From assembly GCA_044222185.1 (NCBI GenBank), contig JBGANV010000007.1:96001-160000 (forward strand): 64,000 nucleotides of DNA. The letters run 5' to 3'. Positions 49,801 through 60,407 of this stretch are shown piece by piece. The DNA is from Planctomycetota bacterium (GTDB lineage Bacteria > Planctomycetota > GCA-002687715 > CAIWVZ01). Numbering within the stretch: the first letter of the stretch is position 1; each line of letters begins with the position of its first letter. The notes beneath the pieces were generated by a model, which had not been told where the DNA came from, searched no databases, and saw nothing but the letters and a program-made list of their open reading frames with translations. The translations under genes and the position numbers were made by a program.

Positions 49801-50594
49801 CAAATTGGCTCGGGGGGCGACCGCGAATGAATCGGGTCCGGGCAGCTTCGCGGTTCCAACTCGGGGCCGAACGGAACGCGCATCACCCGGACGGGGTCGC
49901 AACATCCTATAGAGATCTCGCGGTTTGTCTTCCCCGCGGGAGGAATGTGTCCATCGGGCTCGCCACAGGTGGAAACGCGCAGCCCGAGTTCGGGTCCGCA
50001 ACATCCGAAAAACGACCTCTCGCGAGCGCATTCGACGCGGTATTGCGGGACGTGATGGCCCGTTCCGCAACGTGCGACCACGTCTCCGCCCGGAGCTCGG
50101 GAGCGTGGCGGCGATCTCACGCGTCGACGTGACCTGCGGCGGCGGACTCCGACCCTCGGGGCCGGCGACCGAAGTGCGCGATGCTGCGTCGAACGGCAGC
50201 GAGCCCTCGCCGATTCGCCTGTCCCGCGGCTCGGTTTGCGAGCGCGGCGTCGTTCGGTTCGTGTCGGCGAAGCGCGCAGTCGCGATGCAGCGATCAGGAC
50301 GCTCGCGCCGCCGAGCGTGAACTTCCTTCACGGTTCATGCGCACGTCGACCACCGCGGCTCGCGACGTGGATCGACGGAGTCGCGACCCGTTTTCCGGGC
50401 CTCCCCACTTCGTGCCATTCGAACGTCCTGCATCCGGGCGTACGGTTCGGACGGAGGAAGGGAGTGCGGCCCGGAACGCGGCCTCCTGCGCGCAATCGAC
50501 GCGCCCAAATGCACCGGTCGGCTCCACGATCGGACGCCTCGACGCGACGGGAGACTCGCTCGCCGGACGGCTCTCAGCTCCACGGAGGTCTGTC

Positions 50595-52451
50595 ATGAAA
50601 CGCGCAGCCCTGATTTCACTCGTGCTCGTGCTCGCGCTCTGTGCCGCAGCCAGCGCACAGGTCGTCAACGGCAGCTTCGAGGTGGGAGCCCCGGGGTTCA
50701 TGCCTGCTGGGTGGGCGCTGACCGGAGGATCCGCGATGATCTGGAACGCGCCGGACGAACTCTTCCCGACCCAGGGCAACCAGTATCTGCGGATGAGCTC
50801 CGGCAATACCGGTCCGACGACCGCGGGTTGGGGGCCCCACGCGCCGGGGACCGTGGGGCAGGTGACCCAGACCGTGCAACGGCCGAACGGTGCGTACTGC
50901 GGGTTGTTCATCGATTGGGAGTGGCTGCCGGTCGAAGCGCTGACGGGTGGCATCTACAACGACTTCATCTCGATCGACGTCGTGGACGCCAACACGAATA
51001 GCCTGATCCAGAACGTGTTGTTCCTGGATACCGGACGCCTGGCAGGCGTGCCCCCGTACACGAACGTTCCGGGCGCCGCCGCGGGCGTTCCGACGTGGGT
51101 TGCGCCGCTGGCGAGCTTCCTGGCGAGTGGCGTCCATGCACCGGCGGGGTACAAGCGGGCGTTCGCCGACCTGTCGGCGGTGCCCGTCGGGACTTCGATG
51201 CGCATCGAGATCACACTGGGGAATGGGGGCGACCCGGCGGCCCCGTGCAGTGCCTACATCGACAACGTCCGACTGACCGTAGGTGAGCGCAACGGCCACG
51301 GGTCGAACACCGGCAGCCTGCGTGTTCTCGAATCCAGCCACACGGACGGCCTGTTCACCGCATTGGACGGTTCCGGCGACTTCCGCAACGAGACGCCGTA
51401 CACGTTCCGCGCGGCGCCCGGGCAGCGCATCGTCTTCCGCGCGAGCGGCTCGCCGAATACGCCTTGGGCACTCGTGATGGGCGCTCCGGCGGACGTGGGA
51501 ATGATCGTCGGCGGTTACGGGATCGTGAACCTGGACCTGACGTTCCCGCTCCTCATCGCGGTGAACGGATTCGACCCGGTCAACCCGATCAACGTGATCC
51601 TCGGAACGATGAACTCCAGCGGGTACGGCTTCCTCGAGGGGCAGGTTCCCGAGACGGTGCCGCTGGGAGTCACGTTCGCGGTCCAGGGGATCGTTCGTGA
51701 CACCGGATCCGCATCGAGCTACGCGCTCACGGCCGCGACGACCATCACGATTGCGTCGCCTCAAATCCCAGTGGGGGATGTCGTGGCTGGCGGTGCGAGC
51801 GTCGACGATGGTATCGAGGCGATTCTCTTCAACTCCTTCGGCCTCTGGCCCTTCTACGGCTCGCTGAAGTCCGGGATCTTCGTCAGCTCGAACGGCAACT
51901 GCACCTTCGATGCGGCGGACCCGACGGCGGTAGGGAGCGAGGCGTCCATGGTCATGGGACCGCCGCGCATCGCGCTGTTGTGGGATGACTTGAACAACCA
52001 ACCGGCTCTCGGAGGCACGGTCCGGACTTCCGAATCGACCACGACGTTCACGGTTTCCTACGAGCACACGGTGGAGGCGGGGAGTGAGAACAATGGCAAC
52101 ACGTTCGCGCTCCTGCTCTACAAGGGCCTGGGCTCGACCCCGAGCGGAGTCTTCACGCTGTACTTCGGGTCGACGACCATGTCCGCCGGTCTCGTGGGGA
52201 TCACTCCGGGAGGGCTCTCGGCGCCGACGCCGGGCACCAGCCAGAGCGTGGACCTGAGCAGCACGGGGCTCCAGTTCGGACAGCGGGTCTCGATCCCTGC
52301 AGGGACGTCGCTCCTGGAACTCTTCGGGGCGGCGGCGAACGGCCTGTACCGAGACTCGTTCGACCTCCTCGGGATGAGCTCCAACACCGCGCGCATCACG
52401 TTCGTGCCCAATGGCAGCGGCGGCTACACGGCCTTCGCCGGCACCCGTTGA
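50595..52451 (+). CDS. Secreted beta-rich protein with NIDO-like C-terminal domain
   Basis: MKRAALISLVLVLALCAAASA signal; NGSFE CBM-like start; FYG..FVSSNGNCTF..IALLWDDL; GGAGG SD. Confidence 0.75.
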   Translation: MKRAALISLVLVLALCAAASAQVVNGSFEVGAPGFMPAGWALTGGSAMIWNAPDELFPTQGNQYLRMSSGNTGPTTAGWGPHAPGTVGQVTQTVQRPNGAYCGLFIDWEWLPVEALTGGIYNDFISIDVVDANTNSLIQNVLFLDTGRLAGVPPYTNVPGAAAGVPTWVAPLASFLASGVHAPAGYKRAFADLSAVPVGTSMRIEITLGNGGDPAAPCSAYIDNVRLTVGERNGHGSNTGSLRVLESSHTDGLFTALDGSGDFRNETPYTFRAAPGQRIVFRASGSPNTPWALVMGAPADVGMIVGGYGIVNLDLTFPLLIAVNGFDPVNPINVILGTMNSSGYGFLEGQVPETVPLGVTFAVQGIVRDTGSASSYALTAATTITIASPQIPVGDVVAGGASVDDGIEAILFNSFGLWPFYGSLKSGIFVSSNGNCTFDAADPTAVGSEASMVMGPPRIALLWDDLNNQPALGGTVRTSESTTTFTVSYEHTVEAGSENNGNTFALLLYKGLGSTPSGVFTLYFGSTTMSAGLVGITPGGLSAPTPGTSQSVDLSSTGLQFGQRVSIPAGTSLLELFGAAANGLYRDSFDLLGMSSNTARITFVPNGSGGYTAFAGTR

Positions 52452-52567
52452 TGCGATGCCCAGCGAAATAGACCAGGGGGCGCGGATCGCCGGACGCCCA
52501 CGCCCGGCGTAGACTGTCGCCCGTCTGGTCGAAGTCATCGGTGCGCGTTTTCGTTGGAGCGATCCGC

Positions 52568-54619
52568 GTGAGGCGAACCTCGAGCGTGGCGGTGTCGTGG
52601 GTGGGAGTCGCCGGTTTGATCCTGGGCCTCGCGTGCATGGGCCTGGGCGCACAGGACCCCAAGCAGGAACGCATGGCGTGGTGGCGCGAGGCGCGTTTCG
52701 GCCTGTTCATCCACTGGGGGCTCTACGCCATCCCGGCCGGTGAATGGAAGAGCGCCACCAATCACGGCGAGTGGATCCGCGAGACCGCGCACATCCCGGT
52801 GGACGAGTACGAGAAGTTCCGCGAGAAGTGGAACCCGACGAAGTTCGACGCCGAGGCCTGGGTCAAGCTCGCGAAGGACGCGGGCATGAAGTACGTCGTG
52901 ATCACCTCCAAGCACCACGACGGCTTCTGTCTCTTCGACTCGGCGCAGACGGACTGGGACGTGATGTCGACGCCCTCGAAGCGCGACGTCATGAAGGAAC
53001 TGGCCGCCGCCTGCGCCAAGTACGACATGAAGATGTGCTGGTACCACTCGATCATGGACTGGCATCACCCCGACTACCTCCCACGGCGCAAGTGGGAGAA
53101 TAGACCGGCGGACAAGGCCAGCTTCGACCGATACACCGAGTACCTCTTCAAGCAGGTGGAGGAACTGCTCACGAACTACGGCCCCATCGGGGTCATGTGG
53201 TTCGACGGTGAATGGGAGTCGACCTGGAACAATGAACTGGGCAAGAAGCTCTATGCCCTCTGCCGCAAGCTCCAGCCCACGGTGATCGTGAACAACCGCG
53301 TGAGCACGGGCCGCGGTGGCATGGCGGGGATGACGGAGTCCGGCGACTTCCCCGGTGATTTCGGCACCCCCGAGCAGGAGATTCCGGCGCAGGGGCTCCC
53401 CGGCGTCGATTGGGAAACCTGCATGACGCTGAACGACCACTGGGGCTACAACCGCAAGGACGAGCACTGGAAGTCGACCACCGAGGTGATTCGCATGCTC
53501 GCGGACATCGCATCGAAGGGCGGCAACTACCTGCTGAACGTCGGACCCACGGCCGAGGGCGAATTCCCGCAGGCGTGTGTCGAGCGATTGAAGCAGGTGG
53601 GCGGATGGATGGCAGTGAACGGCGAGTCGATCCACGGGACCACCGCCAGCCCGATCGACGCGGGAGCCTGGGGACGCGTCACGGCGAAGGCTCGGGAAGG
53701 GGGCACGACGCTCTACCTCCACGTCTTCGACTGGCCCTCGAAGGCCACGATCGTCCTCGATGGGCTCGGCAACACGATCACGGGCGCCAGGCTTCTCGCA
53801 GCTCCGGATGCCAGCATCGGGATCACCGAGGGCGACGGTCGCGTCGAGCTCTCGTTGCCGCCGCGTTCGCCCGATCCCTACGACAGCGTCATCGCGCTGG
53901 AGCTGAAGGGAGCGCCCATCGTCTTCCGCCGGCCGGAGATCGTCGCGCCCGCGCGCCGGTTCGTGACGGAGCGCACGATCGCACTCCGCGCGTCCAATCC
54001 GGGAGTGGACGTCCGCTACACCCTCGACGGCGAGGATCCGACGGCGACGTCGCCTCTGTACACGGGCCCGTTCACGGTTCGCGATACGACGGAGGTCCGC
54101 GCTCGTTCCTTCGTCTCCACCAAGCCGGTGAACGCGGTGGTTCGCGAGACGTTCGAGAAGGTGAAGCCCCGGCCCGCCGTCGCCGTGGCCGACGCCCGTT
54201 CGGGCCTCCTTGCAGGCCGATTCCTCGGCGACTGGAAGAAGCTTCCCGACTGGACGAAGACGAAACCAGGAACCACGACGACCGCTCCCGCGATCTCCAT
54301 CCCCGGCGGTGAGCCGCGGGAGGGGGTCGGCTGGCGCTTCTCCGGGTTCATCACCGTTCCGAGCGAGGAGGTCTGGGAGTTCGCGCTCAGCTCCGATGAC
54401 GGCTCGCGCCTTTGGATCGACGAGGAACTCGTCGTCGACAACGACGGGCTGCACCAGGCGGAGACACGCCGAGGCACCATCGCATTGGCCGCCGGCGCTC
54501 ACGTCATCCGCGTCGACTACTTCAACCGCACGGGCGGTGCCGAGCTCTCGCTGTCGGCCGGCGTCGCCGGTTCGAAGCTCGATCCCGTCGCTCCATCGGC
54601 CCTGAGTCATCTACCCTGA
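52568..54619 (+). CDS. Alpha-L-fucosidase (GH29) with FN3-associated and PA14 domains
   Basis: WWREARFGLFIHWGLY, TSKHHDGF, MWFDGEW, WETCMT, GGNYLLNVGP; VRYTLDGEDP; SDDGSRLWID..DNDGLH. Confidence 0.93.
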   Translation: MRRTSSVAVSWVGVAGLILGLACMGLGAQDPKQERMAWWREARFGLFIHWGLYAIPAGEWKSATNHGEWIRETAHIPVDEYEKFREKWNPTKFDAEAWVKLAKDAGMKYVVITSKHHDGFCLFDSAQTDWDVMSTPSKRDVMKELAAACAKYDMKMCWYHSIMDWHHPDYLPRRKWENRPADKASFDRYTEYLFKQVEELLTNYGPIGVMWFDGEWESTWNNELGKKLYALCRKLQPTVIVNNRVSTGRGGMAGMTESGDFPGDFGTPEQEIPAQGLPGVDWETCMTLNDHWGYNRKDEHWKSTTEVIRMLADIASKGGNYLLNVGPTAEGEFPQACVERLKQVGGWMAVNGESIHGTTASPIDAGAWGRVTAKAREGGTTLYLHVFDWPSKATIVLDGLGNTITGARLLAAPDASIGITEGDGRVELSLPPRSPDPYDSVIALELKGAPIVFRRPEIVAPARRFVTERTIALRASNPGVDVRYTLDGEDPTATSPLYTGPFTVRDTTEVRARSFVSTKPVNAVVRETFEKVKPRPAVAVADARSGLLAGRFLGDWKKLPDWTKTKPGTTTTAPAISIPGGEPREGVGWRFSGFITVPSEEVWEFALSSDDGSRLWIDEELVVDNDGLHQAETRRGTIALAAGAHVIRVDYFNRTGGAELSLSAGVAGSKLDPVAPSALSHLP

Positions 54620-54644
54620 ACCGTCGGACACGAGGAACCTCCGG

Positions 54645-55565
54645 ATGCAATCCAGAACGTCGCCGCTCACGCGCCGTGAGCTGATCACGTCAGCCGCCGT
54701 CGTCGCCATGGGCGCCGCCCTCGATCGTCGCGAGAGTCTCGTGCGGCTCGCCGGGCGGTGCGCTCCCGCGGACATCGCCCGTGCCGTCCGCGAGACGAAG
54801 ACGAAGTTCGCCATCAACGCCGAGATCTGGTGGGGGAACCTGCCGTTCCTCGACCGGATCAAGAAGGCCAAGCAGTTCGGGTTCTCGGGCGTCGAGTTCT
54901 GGCCGTTCGAAGACAAGCCACTCGACGACACGATCAAGCTGTGCGGAGACCTCGGCGTGGAGATCGCCCAATTCACCGCCTGGGGGTTCTCGCCGGGCAT
55001 GAACGACCCTGCCAACCACAAGAAGCTCGTGGAGCAGATCACGAAGGCGTGCGAAGTCGCGAACCGGCTCAAGTGCCGCAAGATGACCGTCGTCGGCGGC
55101 AACGACCAGAAGGGCATGACGCAGGAGCAGATGCACGCGAACATCACGGAGGGGCTCCGCCTCGTCGCGCCGATTGCGGAGGCGCACAAGGTCATGCTGA
55201 TCCTCGAGCCCATGAACGTCCGCGTCGATCACAAGGGCCACTGCCTCTACGGGAGCCCTGCGGCAGTGAAGATCTGCCGCGACGTGAAGTCGCCCATGGT
55301 GAAGATCAACTGGGACCTCTACCACATGCAGCTGAGCGAGGGCGATCTCTGCGGGCGTCTGAAGGACGGCATCGATCAGCTCGGTTACGCGCAGGTCGCG
55401 GACACTCCCGGGCGGCACGAGCCGGGAACGGGCGAGGTGCATTACAACCGTGTCCTCAAGCAGTTGGATGCCCTCGGGTATCGGGACTTCGTCGGACTCG
55501 AGAACTGGCCCATCGCCGGTGAGGAAGTGGCGATCAAGCGCGTCCTCGCCTGCGACGTCTGGTGA
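54645..55565 (+). CDS. hyi: Hydroxypyruvate isomerase family protein with Tat signal
   Basis: TRRELI signal; ILEPMN..DHKG, DLYHMQ, QVADTPGRHEPGTGE, VGLE. Confidence 0.82.
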   Translation: MQSRTSPLTRRELITSAAVVAMGAALDRRESLVRLAGRCAPADIARAVRETKTKFAINAEIWWGNLPFLDRIKKAKQFGFSGVEFWPFEDKPLDDTIKLCGDLGVEIAQFTAWGFSPGMNDPANHKKLVEQITKACEVANRLKCRKMTVVGGNDQKGMTQEQMHANITEGLRLVAPIAEAHKVMLILEPMNVRVDHKGHCLYGSPAAVKICRDVKSPMVKINWDLYHMQLSEGDLCGRLKDGIDQLGYAQVADTPGRHEPGTGEVHYNRVLKQLDALGYRDFVGLENWPIAGEEVAIKRVLACDVW

Positions 55566-55669
55566 CGCGGGCGGCTCGTCGACCTCTCCGTCGTCCCCGA
55601 AACACCGTAGGGAGACGGCGTCCCGCGTGCGATGATCGCCGCCGCTCGCCGTGCGCGAGGCTGGCCTCC

Positions 55670-57193
55670 ATGCCCGATCCAGAGATCAAACGGCAGTTCT
55701 CGTTCTGGTTGCTGATCCCGATCACCGTGTTCGGGGTGATCGTCTTTGGGGCGCCGGCTTGGGACTGGGCGGACGGCAAGCGACCCTGGCGCGGCGTCCA
55801 GTTCAGCTTGAGCGGCCTGCTCGACGGCTCGGTGACGCGCTCCATCGAGAAGCGCATGACGTCGGACTCGGCGGTCGCCGACACCGTTCGGCCCCGGTAC
55901 AACGAGTTCCTCGGAGTCGCCGCGGGCGTCATCACCGCCCAGCTCGTGGAGGGGAAGGACCATTGGCTTTTCCTGCGCTCGACGGCCGTCGACTACCCGC
56001 CGCCGGGCGCGGACGCGATGCTGGATGAGCACGTGCGGAACATGGCGGCGCTCATCGGGTGGCTGAAGGCCCAGGGGACCGAGGTCCTCGTTCTCCCGCT
56101 TCCCAACAAGGAGACGATGGCCCCGGAGAAACTCCCGAAGTCGGCCCGCGGCGTGAGATCGATGTACGGCGCGATCGTGACGGAACTGCGTCGCGCCGGG
56201 CTGTGGGTTCTCGACGCACGGCCTGCGCTCGACCTGCGTGAAGGCGTGTTCTTCATCAACAACGACACGCACTGGACACCGGCGGGAGCGCGGCGCGTGG
56301 CGCTGGCGGTCGGTGCGGCCGCGCGAGAACGCTTCGGCGATGCCGTCCCCGGGCGACCCGTGAAGGCGATCTTCCACCAGTTGCCGGACGAGCCGCGTCG
56401 CGGGGACCTCCAGCGCATGCTCGGGTTCGTTCCCGGTTCCGCTGCAGATTCGAAGTACACGTGCATGACGTCGAGCGTCTACGCCGCGCGGGACGATTCG
56501 GGGCCCGTCGTCGACGACTCCGATCTGACGGTCGTCGTCTGCGGAACGAGCTTCACGGCACACTTCGGGTTCGCGTCGATGGTGGCCGGCGGACTTCAGC
56601 GGTACGTGGCGGACCGCTCAGTCCCCGCGCGAGGTCCCCTGGTGATGCTGGCCGACCTCGTCGACACCATGCGTGCCGGGCGCGCGGCCCCGCGCTTCAT
56701 CGTCTGGGAGATTCCCGAGCCGAGCTTCTTCTTCACTCCGGGCGAGTTCATCGAGCCGCTCCGAGCGCTCGTGACCAGGCTCGCGACGGAGGACTCGCTG
56801 CTCGGTTCTCGCCGTGCCTTGACGTGGACCTCGTCGACGTCGTCCGGTCTCCTTCTCGCTCCGACGGAGAGCAAGTCGGTGCTGGGCTCGACCGATCGCG
56901 ACGAGGCCTGGGTCGAGGTGACTCTGGATCGACCGGCACCCGCGGGAACGATCGCGGCGCTCACGTTCCGCGCCCGGGCGGACCGGGTCTGCGCATTTCG
57001 CGCACGGGCGTTCGCCGGCACGTCGGGGGCGGCGACGGTGGACCGCCGCGAGATCCGCGGCGACCAGAGCTTCGACCGCGTCACGTTGGCGCTGGATCAG
57101 GCCGCGGCGATCGAGCGGATTCGCCTCGAGGTCTTGGGTGGTCCAGTCCACTTCGAACTCGCGGACCTCGAGTTGACGCAGCGGCGACGATGA
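55670..57193 (+). CDS. AlgJ/AlgX-like SGNH polysaccharide O-acetyltransferase
   Basis: N-terminal TM; GKDHWLF, PNKE, DTHWTPAG, GDL, GTSF, IVWE. Confidence 0.85.
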   Translation: MPDPEIKRQFSFWLLIPITVFGVIVFGAPAWDWADGKRPWRGVQFSLSGLLDGSVTRSIEKRMTSDSAVADTVRPRYNEFLGVAAGVITAQLVEGKDHWLFLRSTAVDYPPPGADAMLDEHVRNMAALIGWLKAQGTEVLVLPLPNKETMAPEKLPKSARGVRSMYGAIVTELRRAGLWVLDARPALDLREGVFFINNDTHWTPAGARRVALAVGAAARERFGDAVPGRPVKAIFHQLPDEPRRGDLQRMLGFVPGSAADSKYTCMTSSVYAARDDSGPVVDDSDLTVVVCGTSFTAHFGFASMVAGGLQRYVADRSVPARGPLVMLADLVDTMRAGRAAPRFIVWEIPEPSFFFTPGEFIEPLRALVTRLATEDSLLGSRRALTWTSSTSSGLLLAPTESKSVLGSTDRDEAWVEVTLDRPAPAGTIAALTFRARADRVCAFRARAFAGTSGAATVDRREIRGDQSFDRVTLALDQAAAIERIRLEVLGGPVHFELADLELTQRRR

Positions 57194-57223
57194 TCCCGCG
57201 GCCGCCCGCGTCATGGACGCGGC

Positions 57224-59212
57224 TCAGTTCGTGACCTGCCACGCCATGGCGCGCGTACTCACGACCATGGGAGTGAATGGCGGCAGCGAGCCCGCGTCGT
57301 AGGTCGAGTCGAACGACCAGTTGCGGGTCGGCGCGTCGTAGTAGGAGCCGCCGTACACCCAGGCGCCGCGGGCGTGGGTGCTGCGCCAGAGGTTCACGAA
57401 CGACCCGTTGATCGTCGCCGTCTTGCTGCTCCAGTTCTCGTGGAAGCGCGGCAGGTTCTCGAACCCGCCGTTGTAGTGGCCGACCGTCGTGTTGTCGTTG
57501 CCGCAGATGATCGCCATGTTGTAGGTCGTGTTGGTCGCGGTCTTCGACTGGTTCGGTCCCTTGGTGTAGTCCCAGGCGTTGCTCAACAGATTGAGTGCGT
57601 CGGTGATCACCGAGCACGGCTTCGTGCCGACGGTGTTGAAGTCCCCGTGGACGTAGATCGGGCATGGCGTCACGACCGAGACGCCCATCACGTCGGCATT
57701 CGTGAACGCGTAGGCACCGGTCGGAGGCGAGCCCGTGAACATCCGCCCACCTCCATAGTTGGCAGTGTTCCACTTCGGCGGCGTGTTCACCGTGGCACCG
57801 TTCGTGATGACGATGCCGTTCGGTGTGCCGACGACGCCATCCGTGCGCGTGGCGTAGATGAGCCCGTTGGCCGGAAACTTGGTGCAGCGGTCGAGCGTGT
57901 TCGCGTTTCCGTCCATGTCGCCGAGCTTGCCGACGTTGATCACGGAGACGTTGTTGTATCGGCCCTCTCGCTGGTCCCAGATCGTGCGAACCGTCACGAA
58001 GCCCGACGGCATTTGCGACGTGATGTCGGTGCCGGCCTTGTTGTAGACCTTGTCGTTGATGACGACGAGATCGGCGTTCCGGTGGTAGTAGCCCTTGCGA
58101 TGAGTACCCGTGCCGGCCGCGACCGACACGAACGTACCAGCGGTGTTTCCCGCGACGTAATCGCCGCCCGTTCCACCCGGCATGGCTTCGTAGGGCTGGA
58201 TCGAGCCCACGTTCGGCGCGGCGAGCGGACGGACTCCATGTTCGCCGGTCTGCAGGGTTCCGTGGAAAAGCTCCGTGGCGCGATCGCGGAACGGAGCCAT
58301 CTCACCCGGCAGCGTGAAGCGGCTGTCGCCGTTGATGTCCCAGCCCGTGAAGCTCGAGTCGAGGCCGTAGAGCGAAGTGATCCCGAGGCCCAAGAGGTCA
58401 GCCCTCGACGGAAGCGTCACGAGCGCGCCGGCCGGAGACGTCAGATCACGGATCTTGATCCAGCCTGCCGGCGTGCTGGAGTCGTCTTTCCGGTGATGGA
58501 TGAGGTTGCCGGCGGCCCGAACGTACGGCGAGTTGCATGTCAGACTCGTCCCGGGACCCAGATGCAGGTTCGAGTTGGTGTGGATGCGGCCTGCGAGCGT
58601 CATGGCCGGTCCCGGTTGGATCTCCAGGTCGTCGCCGTAGTACGCGAGGAACTGGAAGATCGGGACCTTGATCATCTCGATGTGTTTGCGCATCGACGTC
58701 GCGCTCATGCCGACGCGGACCGTCGACGTGATCACGTAAGGCTCGATCGTCTGGCGGAGTCCCGTGGGAGCATCCGTGCGGTTGAACGGCGGAATGGCGA
58801 CGGGAGTGCCGCTGGAGGAGTTCGTCGAGCGCTCGATGGTCCACGTCGCGTCCTTGCCGGCGAGGGTATAGGTGCCGGCGAGCACCTGGAAGGGCGCGTT
58901 GTTCGGCGGAGTCGCGACCGGAACGAAGTTCGCGGTGTTCGTGATCAGCTGATCCTCGGCCACCTGCAGGGCGCCCTCCGCGAGCTTCATCGCCTGTGCG
59001 CGGTCGCCTTGGAGGGACACGCCATCCTTCTCGGCATTCACGGCGCCGAGCATCGTCACCATGAGCCCGGCGACGACGACCAGTGAGACGAGGGCGACGA
59101 CGAGCACCACGCCGCGGTCACGATGAGCGCGGCGCCGGTTCATGCGTTCGGCGGCGAGGTGGAGATTCTGGGGGTTCTGCGGGGAGGTGCGGGTTTCAGG
59201 CGAAGCGCTCAT
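57224..59212 (-). CDS. Large PilX-like protein with extended C-terminal domain
   Basis: RGVVLVVALVSL (no Glu5), AMKLAEGAL, GRIHTNSNL, GGFENLPRFHENW, PTRNWSFD, PPFTP; GAGGA SD. Confidence 0.75.
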   Translation of the reverse strand: MSASPETRTSPQNPQNLHLAAERMNRRRAHRDRGVVLVVALVSLVVVAGLMVTMLGAVNAEKDGVSLQGDRAQAMKLAEGALQVAEDQLITNTANFVPVATPPNNAPFQVLAGTYTLAGKDATWTIERSTNSSSGTPVAIPPFNRTDAPTGLRQTIEPYVITSTVRVGMSATSMRKHIEMIKVPIFQFLAYYGDDLEIQPGPAMTLAGRIHTNSNLHLGPGTSLTCNSPYVRAAGNLIHHRKDDSSTPAGWIKIRDLTSPAGALVTLPSRADLLGLGITSLYGLDSSFTGWDINGDSRFTLPGEMAPFRDRATELFHGTLQTGEHGVRPLAAPNVGSIQPYEAMPGGTGGDYVAGNTAGTFVSVAAGTGTHRKGYYHRNADLVVINDKVYNKAGTDITSQMPSGFVTVRTIWDQREGRYNNVSVINVGKLGDMDGNANTLDRCTKFPANGLIYATRTDGVVGTPNGIVITNGATVNTPPKWNTANYGGGRMFTGSPPTGAYAFTNADVMGVSVVTPCPIYVHGDFNTVGTKPCSVITDALNLLSNAWDYTKGPNQSKTATNTTYNMAIICGNDNTTVGHYNGGFENLPRFHENWSSKTATINGSFVNLWRSTHARGAWVYGGSYYDAPTRNWSFDSTYDAGSLPPFTPMVVSTRAMAWQVTN

Positions 59213-59976
59213 TGCGAGTTCCTCATCGCGACGGTCGTTGCGAGGTGGAGACGTTGGACCTGACCACGGCCGTTGCGGCGGACGAGGTGGAGGTGGATCT
59301 CGACGGCGTCGAGGGGCAGCGTCGGCTTGGTGGCCGTGGTGTCGAAGGTCATGGCCTCGACGAAACGGCAGATGACCGAGTCGACCACCTGGCCCGTCGC
59401 CGTCACCCGACGACGGACGAGGTTGCAGCTCATCCCATCGGAGTTCGGCACTTGGATGTAGGCGATGAGCTCTTCGCTCCACTCGATCGTGTCGGTGGCT
59501 GCCGCAAGGATGCGGCCGTCGCCGTCACGATCGGCGGGCTGGCGGATCACGATCTCACGGAAGGCCATGGGCTCGTTCTCGTTGCCCGGTGCGACATAGG
59601 GCGGCGGGTTCGCCGGAGTCGTCCACGATACGGCCGGTGGGAAATGACTCGCGCGCGCCGTGAGGACCGTCGTGTCGTGCCGCAGCGTGGACTGCAGCGC
59701 GGATACCGGAGTCCCGTTCACGAACGTGCTCGGCATGGGAATGGCGTAAACGGGGTCGGTGATTCGCCCGCCCATGGCCACGTCGCGACGGACCTGTTCG
59801 AGGACGATGCGCCCTTGATCCTGCAGGTTGGCGGATCCCAGGTTGGTCGCGCTGAAGTCGGCGGCATCGTTCACGGCCATGGAGAACACGCCGAACATCA
59901 TCGTGGTCAGACCCATGACGATGATGCCTTCGATCAGGGTGAAGCCGCGGTCGGATCGACGATTCGGTCGGTGCAT
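59209..59976 (-). CDS. PilW-like minor prepilin
   Basis: RGFTLIEGIIVM; ends VAMRN; overlaps both neighbours. Confidence 0.8.
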   Translation of the reverse strand: MHRPNRRSDRGFTLIEGIIVMGLTTMMFGVFSMAVNDAADFSATNLGSANLQDQGRIVLEQVRRDVAMGGRITDPVYAIPMPSTFVNGTPVSALQSTLRHDTTVLTARASHFPPAVSWTTPANPPPYVAPGNENEPMAFREIVIRQPADRDGDGRILAAATDTIEWSEELIAYIQVPNSDGMSCNLVRRRVTATGQVVDSVICRFVEAMTFDTTATKPTLPLDAVEIHLHLVRRNGRGQVQRLHLATTVAMRNSQ

Positions 59977-60407
59977 CAGCGAGCCCTCACCCCGTTGAGA
60001 ACGTAACGGCCAGGGCGGCCTCCGGATCCGGTCCACGTGACGACCACCTGGTAGCGAAGCGGGCGGGCCGTCGCGTCGCCGTTGGCGTAGACGACGCGGA
60101 CGCGTTCATTGTTCACGTGGAGGTTGGTGAACTCGGCGATGTCCTGGTTGTTCGGAAACGTCGTCGCGATGTTGCCGATGGGCATGATCGCCATCTGCTC
60201 GGCGAGCGACGTCGCATCCATGAGCGCACGGTGGCGCTCCCGATTCACCCGGCTCAGTTCGCTCGCCGAGAGGAACGTGCTGAAGAGCATCAGCATCACG
60301 AGCGCGAGCGTCGTCATGGCCATCATCAACTCGACCATGGAGATCCCGGCCTCGGCCGAAAATCGGGGCATTCGGCGGTGGATTCGTGGGGCTCTCGTTG
60401 ACGTCAT
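59976..60407 (-). CDS. PilV-like minor prepilin
   Basis: AGISMVELMMAM; C-terminal VVVTW. Confidence 0.78.
   Translation of the reverse strand: MTSTRAPRIHRRMPRFSAEAGISMVELMMAMTTLALVMLMLFSTFLSASELSRVNRERHRALMDATSLAEQMAIMPIGNIATTFPNNQDIAEFTNLHVNNERVRVVYANGDATARPLRYQVVVTWTGSGGRPGRYVLNGVRAR

Noticed and set aside
49801-50594. Riboswitch, or N-terminal extensions of the flanking ORFs
   Set aside because: No recognisable aptamer consensus by eye; the extensions precede clear signal peptides and look non-coding.
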